From contig JAJDCA010000066.1 in assembly GCA_029261055.1 (NCBI GenBank), forward strand, positions 157 to 64,156: a stretch of 64,000 nt of DNA. The letters run 5' to 3'. This document shows positions 48,401 to 57,373 of the stretch, one piece after another; the first letter of the stretch is position 1, and each line of letters starts with the position of its first letter. The notes below the pieces were generated by a model, which searched no databases, was not told the DNA's origin, and saw only the letters and a program-made list of their open reading frames with translations. This stretch comes from Candidatus Omnitrophota bacterium (GTDB lineage Bacteria > Omnitrophota > Gorgyraeia > Zapsychrales > Zapsychraceae). Both the position numbers and the translations under genes were made by a program.

Positions 48401-48856
48401 TTAACCAATACCCGCAAAAAGAACGAACGTATGGCTATTATCAAAATTGGAGATATGGAAGGGGAAGTCGAGGTTGTCATTTTTCCTTCAACCTATGCAA
48501 CTTTAGCCTCGTATCTCACTGAAGGAGAAGTTGTTTTCATAAACGGAACAGTAAACATCCGACAAGATACTCCCACTATCATTGCCAATGATATGCGCCG
48601 TATTCAAGACGTTTATAGTGCCATCAAGGCCATTACACTGGACTTATCCAAAGTTGAAAAACAAAATTTTATGGACCTAAAAAGACGCCTTTTGACTTTC
48701 CCTGGAAAAGTCCCTGTATATCTACAAATGAGTACAAAATCCAACAAAAGCGTCCAAATCCGCGTCGGCGAAGACCTCTGCGTGACGCCGAATGAAAATT
48801 TGATGAATGAAGTAAAGAAATTAGTAGGCCAAGAAGGATTGTCTGTAGCGTTTTAA
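45422..48856 (+). CDS. dnaE: DNA polymerase III alpha subunit
   Basis: 1144 aa. PHP domain (HLHVHTQYSLLDG, MTDHGNLFG), polymerase core, OB-fold. Confidence 0.95.
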   Translation: MNQAEFVHLHVHTQYSLLDGACRIKKLIQKAVDYNMPALGMTDHGNLFGAIDFYQTAVKMGVKPIIGCEAYMAVNGSRLEKTPRNKATAHLILFARNKDGYQNLLKLVSASYLDGFYYHPRMDKEILSQHSEGLLCTSGCIRGEVAWNLKEGNYDAALKAADDLSQIFGKGNFYLEVMNHGLNEERIVNEGILKISKQLNLPIVATNDVHFLEQCQSNAHDALLCIQTQTTLSDPKHMSLQSDQFYFKDPDSMRKAFDWIPEALTNTLEIAEKCNLDLSFNKFHLPRFDPPKDTKNDQYLHQLCTEGLAKRYPEITDEIQQRLDHELKTIEKMGFVSYFLIVWDFIRFAKSENIPVGPGRGSAAGSIVSYLLGITDLDPLKYGLLFERFLNPDRSGMPDIDIDFCYERRPEVIEYVTRKYGKHNVAQIITFGTMQARAAIRDVGRVMDVPYSDVDRIAKLIPNDLGITLTEALEKEPQLKKLCDEDPTTKKVIETAQILEGLNRHASTHAAGVVISDKPLNEYTPLFKTSDDQITTGYSMNGIALIGLLKMDFLGLRTLTVISQSVQLIKENHNIDIDISKVPLDDKKTYENLSQANSFGVFQLESAGMRELLKRLQPSEFEDLISILALYRPGPMGSGMLEDFIKRKRGEVPIVYDHPKLEPILKSTYGIIVYQEQVMQIPVALAGFSMTDADHLRRAMSKKIASVMEKIRKDFVSGCQKYSDITEIAGNKLFDLIDYFSGYGFNRSHSAAYALITYQTAYLKANYPVEFMCAILNSEKNNTDKIVEYVKESKAMGITIVPPDINNSFKEFHVVDSKTIQFGLLAIKNVGSTAIDSIVDKRKSGPYKNIYELCERIDLRLANKKVIESLIKCGAVDCLGVFRSQMMAVSDRALEQGSKTQKEKAQGQVSFFNLGAEMGGFTKKMDDFPDIKEWHKPQILSFEKEILGFYISGHPLEHYEIEIKKFTDFSTKSLRTAIDGEGVRLVGLIEHVKLTNTRKKNERMAIIKIGDMEGEVEVVIFPSTYATLASYLTEGEVVFINGTVNIRQDTPTIIANDMRRIQDVYSAIKAITLDLSKVEKQNFMDLKRRLLTFPGKVPVYLQMSTKSNKSVQIRVGEDLCVTPNENLMNEVKKLVGQEGLSVAF

Positions 48857-48888
48857 ATCGAAGCCCCCATCGAAGGCCCACATAACAT

Positions 48889-48916
48889 TTGTCCTTCCTA
48901 ATTTTAGTGCTATAAT
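48889..48916 (+). promoter_or_regulatory. sigma70-like promoter (TTGTCC, 16 nt, TATAAT) upstream of the zeta-like gene
   Basis: Read from sequence; 10 nt before the ATG. Confidence 0.45.
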
Positions 48917-48925
48917 TTCCGTATT

Positions 48926-49510
48926 ATGAAAAGTAAAAACGTTTATATTATTGCTGGATCAAACGGTTCTGGGAAGACAACTTTTGCCAAAACGTTTTTA
49001 CCCGAGTACGCCAAGTGTATTCGATTTATCAATGCGGATTTGATTGCGGCAGGATTATCACCCTTTTTGCCTCAACAAGTCGCCATCAAATCAGGCAAAC
49101 TTGTCTTGGAACAAATCAAGGAATATGCAGAAGCTGGTATCGATTTTTGTTTTGAAACAACCATGTCCGGAACAACTTATCTGAAATATTTTAAAATGTT
49201 GAAAGAAAAAGGCTACAAAATACATATTTTCTTTTTATGGATTCCAAGTGCGCAATTAGCGATGATCCGCATTAAAGACCGTGTCGCTCAGGGAGGGCAT
49301 GATGTTCCTGTGAAAGATATAAAACGTCGCTTTGAACGTAGCCTTAACAAATTCTTCACTGAATACCGTTTATTAACTGATAAATGGATTTTATTTGATA
49401 ACGCCGAAGCCACACCAAAAATTATCGCTAAAAAATCTAATGCTCATATCGATATTATTAATGCCGATAAATTTAAAAAGATTACAAAAAAAATTGGAAT
49501 AACATTATGA
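48926..49510 (+). CDS. zeta-toxin-like P-loop kinase (Zeta_toxin/AAA_33 family)
   Basis: 194 aa. Walker A IIAGSNGSGKTTFAK, Walker B-like DFCFETT and the overall zeta/PezT-like layout. Confidence 0.7.
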   Translation: MKSKNVYIIAGSNGSGKTTFAKTFLPEYAKCIRFINADLIAAGLSPFLPQQVAIKSGKLVLEQIKEYAEAGIDFCFETTMSGTTYLKYFKMLKEKGYKIHIFFLWIPSAQLAMIRIKDRVAQGGHDVPVKDIKRRFERSLNKFFTEYRLLTDKWILFDNAEATPKIIAKKSNAHIDIINADKFKKITKKIGITL

Positions 49511-49656
49511 AAAAGAAAAAAAGATTGTCGATCCTGGATAAAGCTGAATTGGCGATGAAAAAGGCGATTGCGGGGGTTGTGGAAGAGCATCGAAAATCTG
49601 GTCGCCCACTTGCTATCTGGAGAAATGGGCGGGTTGTTCGCATCAAAGTTAAATAA
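49507..49656 (+). CDS. 49-aa basic small protein translationally coupled to the zeta-like gene (MKKKKRLSILDKAELAMKKAIAGVVEEHRKSGRPLAIWRNGRVVRIKVK)
   Basis: ATGA start/stop overlap with the upstream gene. Below the ORF-track cutoff. Candidate partner/antitoxin. Confidence 0.4.
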   Translation: MKKKKRLSILDKAELAMKKAIAGVVEEHRKSGRPLAIWRNGRVVRIKVK

Positions 49657-49672
49657 AATGAAAGGAGTTAAA

Positions 49673-50623
49673 ATGAACTTCTCAAAATGGATTAAATTAA
49701 ATTTTTATGTTTTAACAGCCGGTGTTTTAAATTCTACTCTTGCCTTCGCACAAACAAAAACTTCTACATCAACATCAACGGAAGCGCAAAGTCTTCAGGA
49801 TGTGGCTGTATCTCAAATCGAGACGGCTAAAAGTTTGGTGAATATGATTATTGAATTCTTTGTGAAATACAGTTTTCAAGTTTTAGGCGGTATTATTGTT
49901 CTTGTAATCGGATGGGCGGTGGCGGGATATGTTGCTAACATTATTAATAAGCTGCTTGCTAAAAAAGGAATAGATGTCACGATCAACAAATTTGCGGTTG
50001 GTTCGATCAAATTAATGATTGTGAGTTTTGCCGTAATTGTGGCTTTGGGAAAATTTGGAATTGAAATTGCGCCCTTGATCGCCGGTATCAGTGTCGCAGG
50101 CTTCGGTTTAAGTTTTGCTTTACAAGGCCCCTTGTCTAATTATGCAGCAGGTATCGCCCTTATTTTCACGAAACCATTTAAAGTTGGACAAATCATTGAA
50201 GTCGCCGGTGTGATGGGGGAAGTGATCGACATGAAACTGCCGCGTACAGACATTAAAACGGTTGACGGTAATATGGTTGTTATCCCTAATAAACATATCA
50301 TTGGTGAAATTATCCACAATTATTCAACCGCCAAACGATTAGATATTAATGTCGGCGTCAGTTACAAAGCAGATGTAGAATCCGCTATTAATGTTGTCAA
50401 AGACATCATTAAAAAAGATGCGCGAACCGTTAAAGAACCTAACGTAGGCATCTCCGAATTTGCTGACTCCAGCGTCAATATTTATGCCCGACTCTGGTGT
50501 AAGCAGGACGATTACTGGAATACAAAATTTGATCTCAATAAAAAAATATTTGATGCGTTTAATGCTAAGGGCATCGAAATCCCATTCCCACAACGCGACG
50601 TGCATTTGATAAAGGAGGCCTGA
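49673..50623 (+). CDS. mscS: small-conductance mechanosensitive channel
   Basis: TM helices followed by the MscS beta-domain (GQIIEVAGVMGEVIDMKLPRTDIKTVDGNMVVIPN). Start chosen at 49673 behind an AAAGGAG RBS rather than at 49568, which would overlap the small ORF. Confidence 0.8.
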   Translation: MNFSKWIKLNFYVLTAGVLNSTLAFAQTKTSTSTSTEAQSLQDVAVSQIETAKSLVNMIIEFFVKYSFQVLGGIIVLVIGWAVAGYVANIINKLLAKKGIDVTINKFAVGSIKLMIVSFAVIVALGKFGIEIAPLIAGISVAGFGLSFALQGPLSNYAAGIALIFTKPFKVGQIIEVAGVMGEVIDMKLPRTDIKTVDGNMVVIPNKHIIGEIIHNYSTAKRLDINVGVSYKADVESAINVVKDIIKKDARTVKEPNVGISEFADSSVNIYARLWCKQDDYWNTKFDLNKKIFDAFNAKGIEIPFPQRDVHLIKEA

Positions 50624-50850
50624 TGGCAAAATTAAATGAAATTATTGAGTGGCAAGAGCTTGGAACAGAATATCGAATGTACATACGGCATCATTGGGGA
50701 GAGGATGAAAAAGTAAATATCCGAATGGTCTTTGAAGATGTCACCCACGACAAAGTAACTGAAATGAATATTCCACACACAAAAGTCAAACAATTTCTCA
50801 ATACCCTAAACGGCAATCTATTGTCCAGAAAATACGAAATTAATGTTTGA
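50623..50850 (+). CDS. 75-aa hypothetical protein translationally coupled to mscS
   Basis: TGATG overlap with the mscS stop and an AAGGAGG RBS inside the mscS 3' end. No recognisable motif. Confidence 0.45.
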   Translation: MAKLNEIIEWQELGTEYRMYIRHHWGEDEKVNIRMVFEDVTHDKVTEMNIPHTKVKQFLNTLNGNLLSRKYEINV

Positions 50851-50856
50851 GTTTTA

Positions 50857-51552
50857 ATGATCTCCAATTCCAAAACAGCACCATTTATTCTTGAAACAAT
50901 TGACCAACGCTTACAGTTACGTAAATCTGATGAACCGAAACTCGGGTCTGTCTGCGTCGATTTTGTCAAAGGCTCAAATGCTCATCGTCGTAAATTTGGT
51001 GGAGGGAGGAGGCAGGCTATTGCCAGGGCTGTCGGCCTTAAAAAAGGAGCAACACCCTCGATCTTAGATGCCACGGCCGGACTAGGGCGCGATGCGTTTG
51101 TACTGGCCTCACTCGGTTGTCGTGTTCATATGCTGGAGCGTTCACCCATCATAACGGATCTGCTTGCCGATGGATTACAGCGCGCAAAAAATGATGCTCA
51201 AATCGGTACCTGGATTTCAAAACGCCTTACACTAGACATCAAAGACAGCACCAAAGGATTATCATCTTTACCTTTTAAACCCGATGTTGTTTATTTAGAT
51301 CCGATGTACCCGGAAAAGAAAAAATCTGCTCTTGTAAAAAAAGAAATGCGCATGCTTCAATTGCTTCTCGGCAATGATCTTGATTCTGACAACCTACTAG
51401 AGATAGCTTTAAATATCGCACAACAACGTGTTGTTGTTAAACGTTCGGCACATGCCAGTCATCTCGCCGATAAAACCCCCAATGCCACAATTAAAACACA
51501 AAAAAATCGTTTTGATATTTATCTAATACCAAACCAAAATAGAAAAGATTGA
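50857..51552 (+). CDS. rsmJ: 16S rRNA (guanine1516-N2)-methyltransferase
   Basis: 231 aa. Close match to E. coli RsmJ/YhiQ over its length ([10 protein letters not shown]...DFV.G...[60 protein letters not shown]). Confidence 0.9.
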   Translation: MISNSKTAPFILETIDQRLQLRKSDEPKLGSVCVDFVKGSNAHRRKFGGGRRQAIARAVGLKKGATPSILDATAGLGRDAFVLASLGCRVHMLERSPIITDLLADGLQRAKNDAQIGTWISKRLTLDIKDSTKGLSSLPFKPDVVYLDPMYPEKKKSALVKKEMRMLQLLLGNDLDSDNLLEIALNIAQQRVVVKRSAHASHLADKTPNATIKTQKNRFDIYLIPNQNRKD

Positions 51553-51643
51553 CGAATGAATAAACAAAGAGTATAGTGCAAACAATTAGGAATTGAAAAA
51601 AATAATTTACACATATTTAATAAAAAACCTCGTCGATTCAACT

Positions 51644-51723
51644 GAATCTCCTCGGGGCAAGCCTCGGGAAATTAGACCCTTTTGGAATTTCTTTAAAACT
51701 AGAAATTCCTAATTAAATTAAAC
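51644..51723 (+). promoter_or_regulatory. conserved leader element, copy B, within a ~320-nt 5' leader
   Basis: gaatctcctcggggcaagcctcgggaaattag, then hairpin ggaatttct/agaaattcc (51684-51709), then taattaaattaaac. Confidence 0.4.
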
Positions 51724-51874
51724 GATGATTTTATTTCTTTCCAATTGCTTGAGTAAAAGTTTTTACTTTAACCATCCTGAAATTTTAATTAACCATTTTC
51801 GTGTTCAACCTACTTTTAAACATTATCAAAATTCCTACACGCTTAGCTTTATTTAAAAGGGAGGGGAAAAATCA

Positions 51875-52105
51875 ATGATGGATATAGGGAAAATTTCAAA
51901 AATACGGCAAGACAAACACTGTGGCATGATAACATTATCTGATGGTCGAGAGGCTACGTTTAATAATCGTTGCCTTTATAAGAATGCTGATTTTAATACG
52001 TTATACGAAGGCCAAGAGGTTGAATTTTATATTCAAAGAAGCCATAAAGGTTATCTAGCTGCTTCAATTAGACCGCTCCAACCAGCAAGTACTGTAAAAG
52101 TTTAA
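51875..52105 (+). CDS. degenerate cold-shock-domain-like small protein
   Basis: 76 aa. Spacing resembles CspA (G.I..I...KG.G.IT..DG...F ... L.EGQ.V.F.I), but the aromatic residues of RNP1 are replaced (KHCGMI). Confidence 0.4.
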   Translation: MMDIGKISKIRQDKHCGMITLSDGREATFNNRCLYKNADFNTLYEGQEVEFYIQRSHKGYLAASIRPLQPASTVKV

Positions 52106-52131
52106 ACACCCTTATTTAGATATCTGCATCA

Positions 52132-52947
52132 ATGAAAAAAATTATACATATCAGTGATCTACATATCGGATACGAAGATTTTTCTGAGCGCTTTTCAAAA
52201 ATTATATCGAATTTAAAAACACAATTGGGCGAACAGGCACGTGATTATGTTCTGGTCATTACCGGTGATTTAATCGATAATGCACACAACCAGGATGATT
52301 TCTTTGTTATTCAAAAAAAATTAGAGGAATTAAAACAATCAGGCTTTGAAGAAATCCTTGTAGTGCCGGGAAATCATGATTACGGTACCGGGTCCCGCGG
52401 GGATAAAAAATTCGTTAAAGTTTTTCACGATATCTTTTATCAAGATCAAAAAACCTTTCCCCGAAAAAATATTATCGAAAATGTTGCCTTCCTTGGGCTG
52501 GACTCAATGGCCGAAGAACTCAATTGGTACGATGAAATTTGGGCCGAAGGAGAATTGGGCAACGAACAATTGCAACGTTTAGAAGCGAACTTACACGAAG
52601 ATGAAGTACGTTCTTGTGCCAAACGTGTGGTTTACCTTCATCACCATCCATTTGATTTTCGGCCACTGCACCAGCTCAAAGACTCCAGGAAATTAAAAAA
52701 AGTCCTGTGTGACGCTATTGCTGAAGGCATCAGTATTGATGCGCTTCTTTACGGGCACAATCACGAAGGCAAATCGCATAATGGTCAGTGGGACATTCCT
52801 CGGTGTTACGATGCCGGCAGCGCCACACTAAAACCTCGCCCATCGTATATTGATTGGGTTCCCGGTTTTCAAACCAAGGCCTCCGTACGTGTTATCGATC
52901 TGGAGCAACATGATGCTACACTCGACAAAGAATTGACTCTCTTATAA
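52132..52947 (+). CDS. calcineurin-like metallophosphoesterase
   Basis: 271 aa. Motifs IHISDLHIG, GDLIDN, VPGNHDYG, LHHHP, GHNHEG. Confidence 0.75.
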   Translation: MKKIIHISDLHIGYEDFSERFSKIISNLKTQLGEQARDYVLVITGDLIDNAHNQDDFFVIQKKLEELKQSGFEEILVVPGNHDYGTGSRGDKKFVKVFHDIFYQDQKTFPRKNIIENVAFLGLDSMAEELNWYDEIWAEGELGNEQLQRLEANLHEDEVRSCAKRVVYLHHHPFDFRPLHQLKDSRKLKKVLCDAIAEGISIDALLYGHNHEGKSHNGQWDIPRCYDAGSATLKPRPSYIDWVPGFQTKASVRVIDLEQHDATLDKELTLL

Positions 52948-52968
52948 AAACATACATCCTGATTATTT

Positions 52969-53751
52969 ATGCTAAAAATTAAAAAAATTCTAAGTCGTCA
53001 AAATAACCAAATCAAATGCCTCCGTAAATTATCCCTAAAGAAGTATCGCCATCAAACAAACACATTTACCGTCGAGAATTTAGCCATCATTTTCGATGCC
53101 TTAAAAAGCGATTATACATTCAAAGAATTATTTGTAACGCAGGATTTTATTGATCGACATAAAGAAAAATTTCAATATCTACAAAAACATGCCGCCTCAG
53201 CCGAATATTATTTAATTAATGAACCTTTGAATAAATATGCTTCACAACTCGACACCCCCGCTGGAATCATCGCTGTTTATGAGCAAACACCCTCTAATTT
53301 AGATCAAAGCCAGTCCGCCGTTTATCTAAACGGCATTAAAGACCCTGGTAATCTTGGCACAATCCTACGCACAGCCTTAGCCTTTAATGTACCCAACATC
53401 ATCGTGGATCCTACGTGTGTGGACGTTTATAATTTTAAAACTATTAGCGCGGCTAAAGATTCGATTTTTAAATTGAATATTACCGAAGACAAGCAGGGGA
53501 CTTGGCTAAAGGAGCATAAAGATATCTGGCCTATTTACGTGGCGAATTCCCAAGGTGGGGTGGCCTTATCAAAAGTGAAGGGGGCAAGAAAATTCTGTCT
53601 GGTTTTAGGTAACGAAAGCCACGGCGTGAGTAAAGATATCATCAAATTGGCTGATAAAAACATCTATATCGAAATCTCCGAACAAATTGAATCACTCAAT
53701 GTCGCTACCGCTGCTGCTATTTTACTACACAGATTACAACAAAAAACATAA
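52969..53751 (+). CDS. SpoU/TrmH-family RNA 2'-O-methyltransferase
   Basis: 260 aa. SPOUT motifs NPGNLGTILRTA, LVLGNESHGVS, NVATAAAILL. Confidence 0.75.
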   Translation: MLKIKKILSRQNNQIKCLRKLSLKKYRHQTNTFTVENLAIIFDALKSDYTFKELFVTQDFIDRHKEKFQYLQKHAASAEYYLINEPLNKYASQLDTPAGIIAVYEQTPSNLDQSQSAVYLNGIKDPGNLGTILRTALAFNVPNIIVDPTCVDVYNFKTISAAKDSIFKLNITEDKQGTWLKEHKDIWPIYVANSQGGVALSKVKGARKFCLVLGNESHGVSKDIIKLADKNIYIEISEQIESLNVATAAAILLHRLQQKT

Positions 53752-53879
53752 TGATGTTTGAGCAAATATGGCAATTAAGGAAACCATATAGTATACTTAA
53801 AGGAGAAAAAATTAAACGGAAATCAATAAAACCTATTCTTATGAAATCGGTTTTTATATTTTTTAGAAAATAATATTTT

Positions 53880-56800
53880 ATGAAATTACAATTTTCATTA
53901 AAATCTCAAATTATTAGTAACTTTGTCATTTTGACATTTGTATCTAGCTTGATTCTCCCTCCATCCAAGGTACAAGCCCAGACAGCACCTGCATTAACAA
54001 AAAGCGGATTAAATCTTCCTGTTCCCGGGACAATGGTACCATTGAGTGAATCATTTTTTCCTGTGGTGATAAAAGGAATAAAGGTATTTCCAGAGGATCC
54101 GCTAAAATTTGATTTTATTATGAATATGCCTGAGTCTGAATTAGAAGGCGCTGATTTAGAAAATAAAGCATTTAAACTTGTGAAATACTTTTTAGCTTCA
54201 CTCACCGTTCCTGAGAAAGATTTATGGGTTAACCTCTCTCCTTACGAAGAAAATCGTATCATTCCTGAGCAACTTGGACAAACAGAAATGGGTCGTGATT
54301 TGTTGGCACAGGATTATTTGCTAAAACAATTGACGGCATCTTTGATGTATCCGGAGGAGGAACTAGGAGAAGAATTTTGGGATCGAATATATAAAGAATC
54401 TTATGAAAAATTCGGAACAACGGATGTTCCGATAAATACATTTCATAAAGTTTGGATTATTCCTGATAAAGCGGTTGTCCATGAACAAGGAACAACTGCT
54501 TTTGTAACGGAAAGTTATTTAAAGGTAATGTTAGAAAAAGATTATTTAGCTTCCCAAAAAGGCACAAAAACCGCCCCTTCATCACAAGAAAAAGATGATT
54601 TAGAATCAAAAATTATTAAAGAGGTTATCATTCCTGCCATTGAAGAAGAAGTTAACTATGGAAAGAATTTCATTCTATTACGGCAAATTTATCATTCTTT
54701 GATTCTTGCTAAATGGTTTAAAACACGCATGAAGAGTACTTTATTAGGGAAAAATTATGCAGACAAAAGTAAAATCGTTGGCATTGAATTGGAAGATAAA
54801 GACATTTCAGAAAAAATTTATCAACAGTATGTCGAATCTTTTAAAGTAGGGGTATATGATCTAATTCGGGAAGAATATGATCCCATGACAGAGTCTATTA
54901 TTCCGAGAAAATATTTTTCCGGAGGGCTTGTTTTGGAAACACCACTTGTTATTCAAAATATCAATGGTGTAAGTATGGCCATGCTTGTGAATGATTCATT
55001 TAGTAAAGTAGCTTCCTTTACTGTAAGAATTAATCCTATTTCCTCTGGTGATAAATCAATGAGTTCGGCGGCAGATGATCTTCTTGTAAAAATAAAGCGT
55101 CGGGTTAAAAGCGAGAGCTTTACTATTATTGATGAGCCTCTAGAAGAGCTAAAAGGTCTTATTGGAAATGACAGTAAAGCTGCGAGTCAATACAAAGAAG
55201 CCGTTATTACTTTTGCCGATGGGCTACTTGAAAAGATAAAAGATCTTTCTAATCGCGAAAAATTTAATATTATTGACGGATATCTGGAACAACTAAAAGA
55301 ACTTAGTGAGGAACACACATATGTTGTCGATCAATTCAAAGAAGCCGTTATTGCTTTTGCAGATGGCTTAGTTAAAAAGATAAAAAGACTTTCTGATGAA
55401 AAGAAATTTAATATTATTGACGGATATCTGAACCAACTAAAAGAGCTTAGTGAGGAATATACATATGTTGTCGATCAATATGAAACAGCAAATTTTTATT
55501 ATCAAGAGTCTTTGCCGAGGGATAATTTATCCGGAGTTGATGAAGAAATTTATAAAAGGACTACCGAAATTAGAAAAAATCTAAATAGGGGCAATTTTAA
55601 AAAAGTGCAGGAACTTCATATAGAGAACATAGACACTGTGAAAAAACTTTCCAATCCAGAAAAAGAAGAAAAATATGGTAGACTTATCGTTAAAACATTT
55701 CTAGAAGGTCAGATAGATTCGATGAACAGAGAACAAAATTATGGAGATTTCTTTACATTAGTACAAAATGAGAGGTTTGAAGAAAATCTAAAGAATTTTG
55801 GGCATTTGCAATCAATCACGACACATAAAACTCTACAAGAAATGTATACGGATATGCTGAGAAAAAAAGCATTATTTATGAAAAACAAATTTAAGGCTCT
55901 TCCTGATGAAGAAAAATTTAGTGTTAATATAAAGAAAGAGGGCATCAGCTTTAATGATAATATTGCTGCCATAGTAGCGATTTTTTCTATAAATCAAAAG
56001 GATACAGTGATAGGGAAACATTTGATAGAAATGTTTGAGACCTACTCTGCGAGTTTATTAAGGGTATTAGAAAATGAATGGGGAAAAAATAAAAAACCCT
56101 CTTTTAAATTGATTTATACATCAGAAAAAATCCTGGAAGCTATGAAAGAAATTACAAATATTGTCCAGCTGCATGACGGACTCACGGAAAATCTTAAAAC
56201 AGCAACTTCAACATACCAGACGGCTTTAGAAAACGCCGGAATATCAGATTCCATAAGAAAGAAATTGTTAAATTTTGCAATATACTTTTTGCAAACAATT
56301 TACAACGCCAGAAGTTATGATGCAAATAAATTATTTTCTTCTTTGAAGGAAGATCCCGAGCTTCTTCAATACCCCCATTTGGAAAACGTTTATGCTGAAG
56401 GATTCTCATATTTATTTTCTGTATTCAAAGAAAATAGATTATTCTCGAGTTGGGAGAGCCTGTCTTCCGGTTGGAATATTCACCTTTTTGATTATTTGAA
56501 AACATTTTTACTGGAGAGAAATGGTGAATTTACGTTAATCAAAAAAGTTTATGAGACAAATCTAGGAGAATATGCGGTTAATTTTTCTCGAGCAATTCAG
56601 AATCAACTTGATAAAGATACAGATTGGGATGGAAGAATGACTACTCCTATTTCTGCGGTCTTAAACTCAGAACCAGTAAATATTCCAAGCGCATCAAACA
56701 TACTCTTTAAATTTTGGGAGTTCTTAGTGGATTATCCTGTTGAAAGTGTAGAGGATGTTTATGTAGAAACATTAGAAAATATTTTTAATGCAATAGAAAG

Positions 56801-57287
56801 GAATTATTCTTCAAATATTTTTGAATCGGTAAGAGAAGATTTTATGAAAACTATTCGTAGAAGATTAAATGATGCCGATCCGAATACATTTGTAAAAATA
56901 AGAGAATTTCTTGCTCATCAAGAAACTAATCCTCATAAAAATCGTCAAATAGACGCAGTTGAAAACACGCCTATAGCTTTCCCATCATTAAACCCATGGG
57001 GGCAGATTCCACGTAGAATAGTTATTTCTAATAATAGTGATGGGAGTTTTACAATTATGTTCTCTGATCTGAGTATGCTTAATAATAAAACAATATCGAC
57101 TAAAGGGGGGATTGATTTGGTTGATACAAAGATAGATATTCGGCAAGATAATGCGTTTGAACGGTTTAATAACGAAAATGTATTATTAGATTCTGCCTCA
57201 TTTGTAGGGGGGTCCTTTGATATTAATGGTGTAACCATGATTCCTAATGTTTCAGCTTATCTTAATCCTAACCCACTATCGTATTAA
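53880..57287 (+). CDS. giant secreted protein (1135 aa); paralog of 13990-18765 through the shared N-terminal ~350-aa domain
   Basis: Signal-peptide-like N-terminus ending ...VQAQT. The N-terminal domain aligns along its length with giant protein 1. The central region has an internal ~60-aa duplication (..KESFTIIDEPLEELKGL.. / ..REKFNIIDGYLEQLKELSEEHTYVVDQFKEAVIAFADGL.. x2). Confidence 0.7.
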   Translation: MKLQFSLKSQIISNFVILTFVSSLILPPSKVQAQTAPALTKSGLNLPVPGTMVPLSESFFPVVIKGIKVFPEDPLKFDFIMNMPESELEGADLENKAFKLVKYFLASLTVPEKDLWVNLSPYEENRIIPEQLGQTEMGRDLLAQDYLLKQLTASLMYPEEELGEEFWDRIYKESYEKFGTTDVPINTFHKVWIIPDKAVVHEQGTTAFVTESYLKVMLEKDYLASQKGTKTAPSSQEKDDLESKIIKEVIIPAIEEEVNYGKNFILLRQIYHSLILAKWFKTRMKSTLLGKNYADKSKIVGIELEDKDISEKIYQQYVESFKVGVYDLIREEYDPMTESIIPRKYFSGGLVLETPLVIQNINGVSMAMLVNDSFSKVASFTVRINPISSGDKSMSSAADDLLVKIKRRVKSESFTIIDEPLEELKGLIGNDSKAASQYKEAVITFADGLLEKIKDLSNREKFNIIDGYLEQLKELSEEHTYVVDQFKEAVIAFADGLVKKIKRLSDEKKFNIIDGYLNQLKELSEEYTYVVDQYETANFYYQESLPRDNLSGVDEEIYKRTTEIRKNLNRGNFKKVQELHIENIDTVKKLSNPEKEEKYGRLIVKTFLEGQIDSMNREQNYGDFFTLVQNERFEENLKNFGHLQSITTHKTLQEMYTDMLRKKALFMKNKFKALPDEEKFSVNIKKEGISFNDNIAAIVAIFSINQKDTVIGKHLIEMFETYSASLLRVLENEWGKNKKPSFKLIYTSEKILEAMKEITNIVQLHDGLTENLKTATSTYQTALENAGISDSIRKKLLNFAIYFLQTIYNARSYDANKLFSSLKEDPELLQYPHLENVYAEGFSYLFSVFKENRLFSSWESLSSGWNIHLFDYLKTFLLERNGEFTLIKKVYETNLGEYAVNFSRAIQNQLDKDTDWDGRMTTPISAVLNSEPVNIPSASNILFKFWEFLVDYPVESVEDVYVETLENIFNAIERNYSSNIFESVREDFMKTIRRRLNDADPNTFVKIREFLAHQETNPHKNRQIDAVENTPIAFPSLNPWGQIPRRIVISNNSDGSFTIMFSDLSMLNNKTISTKGGIDLVDTKIDIRQDNAFERFNNENVLLDSASFVGGSFDINGVTMIPNVSAYLNPNPLSY

Positions 57288-57373
57288 CAAAACTAATAGA
57301 ATACAACAAAAAACATAATGATTGCATTTTGATGAAAAATGCATTATACTTAATAATGAATCAAGGGTATGAA

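Noticed and set aside
49568-49672. Upstream start (49568) for mscS as given in the ORF track
   Set aside because: It would overlap the coupled 49-aa ORF in another frame, and the encoded N-terminus (MRGLWKSIENL...) is not MscS-like. The ATG at 49673 has an AAAGGAG RBS and starts with a signal/TM segment.
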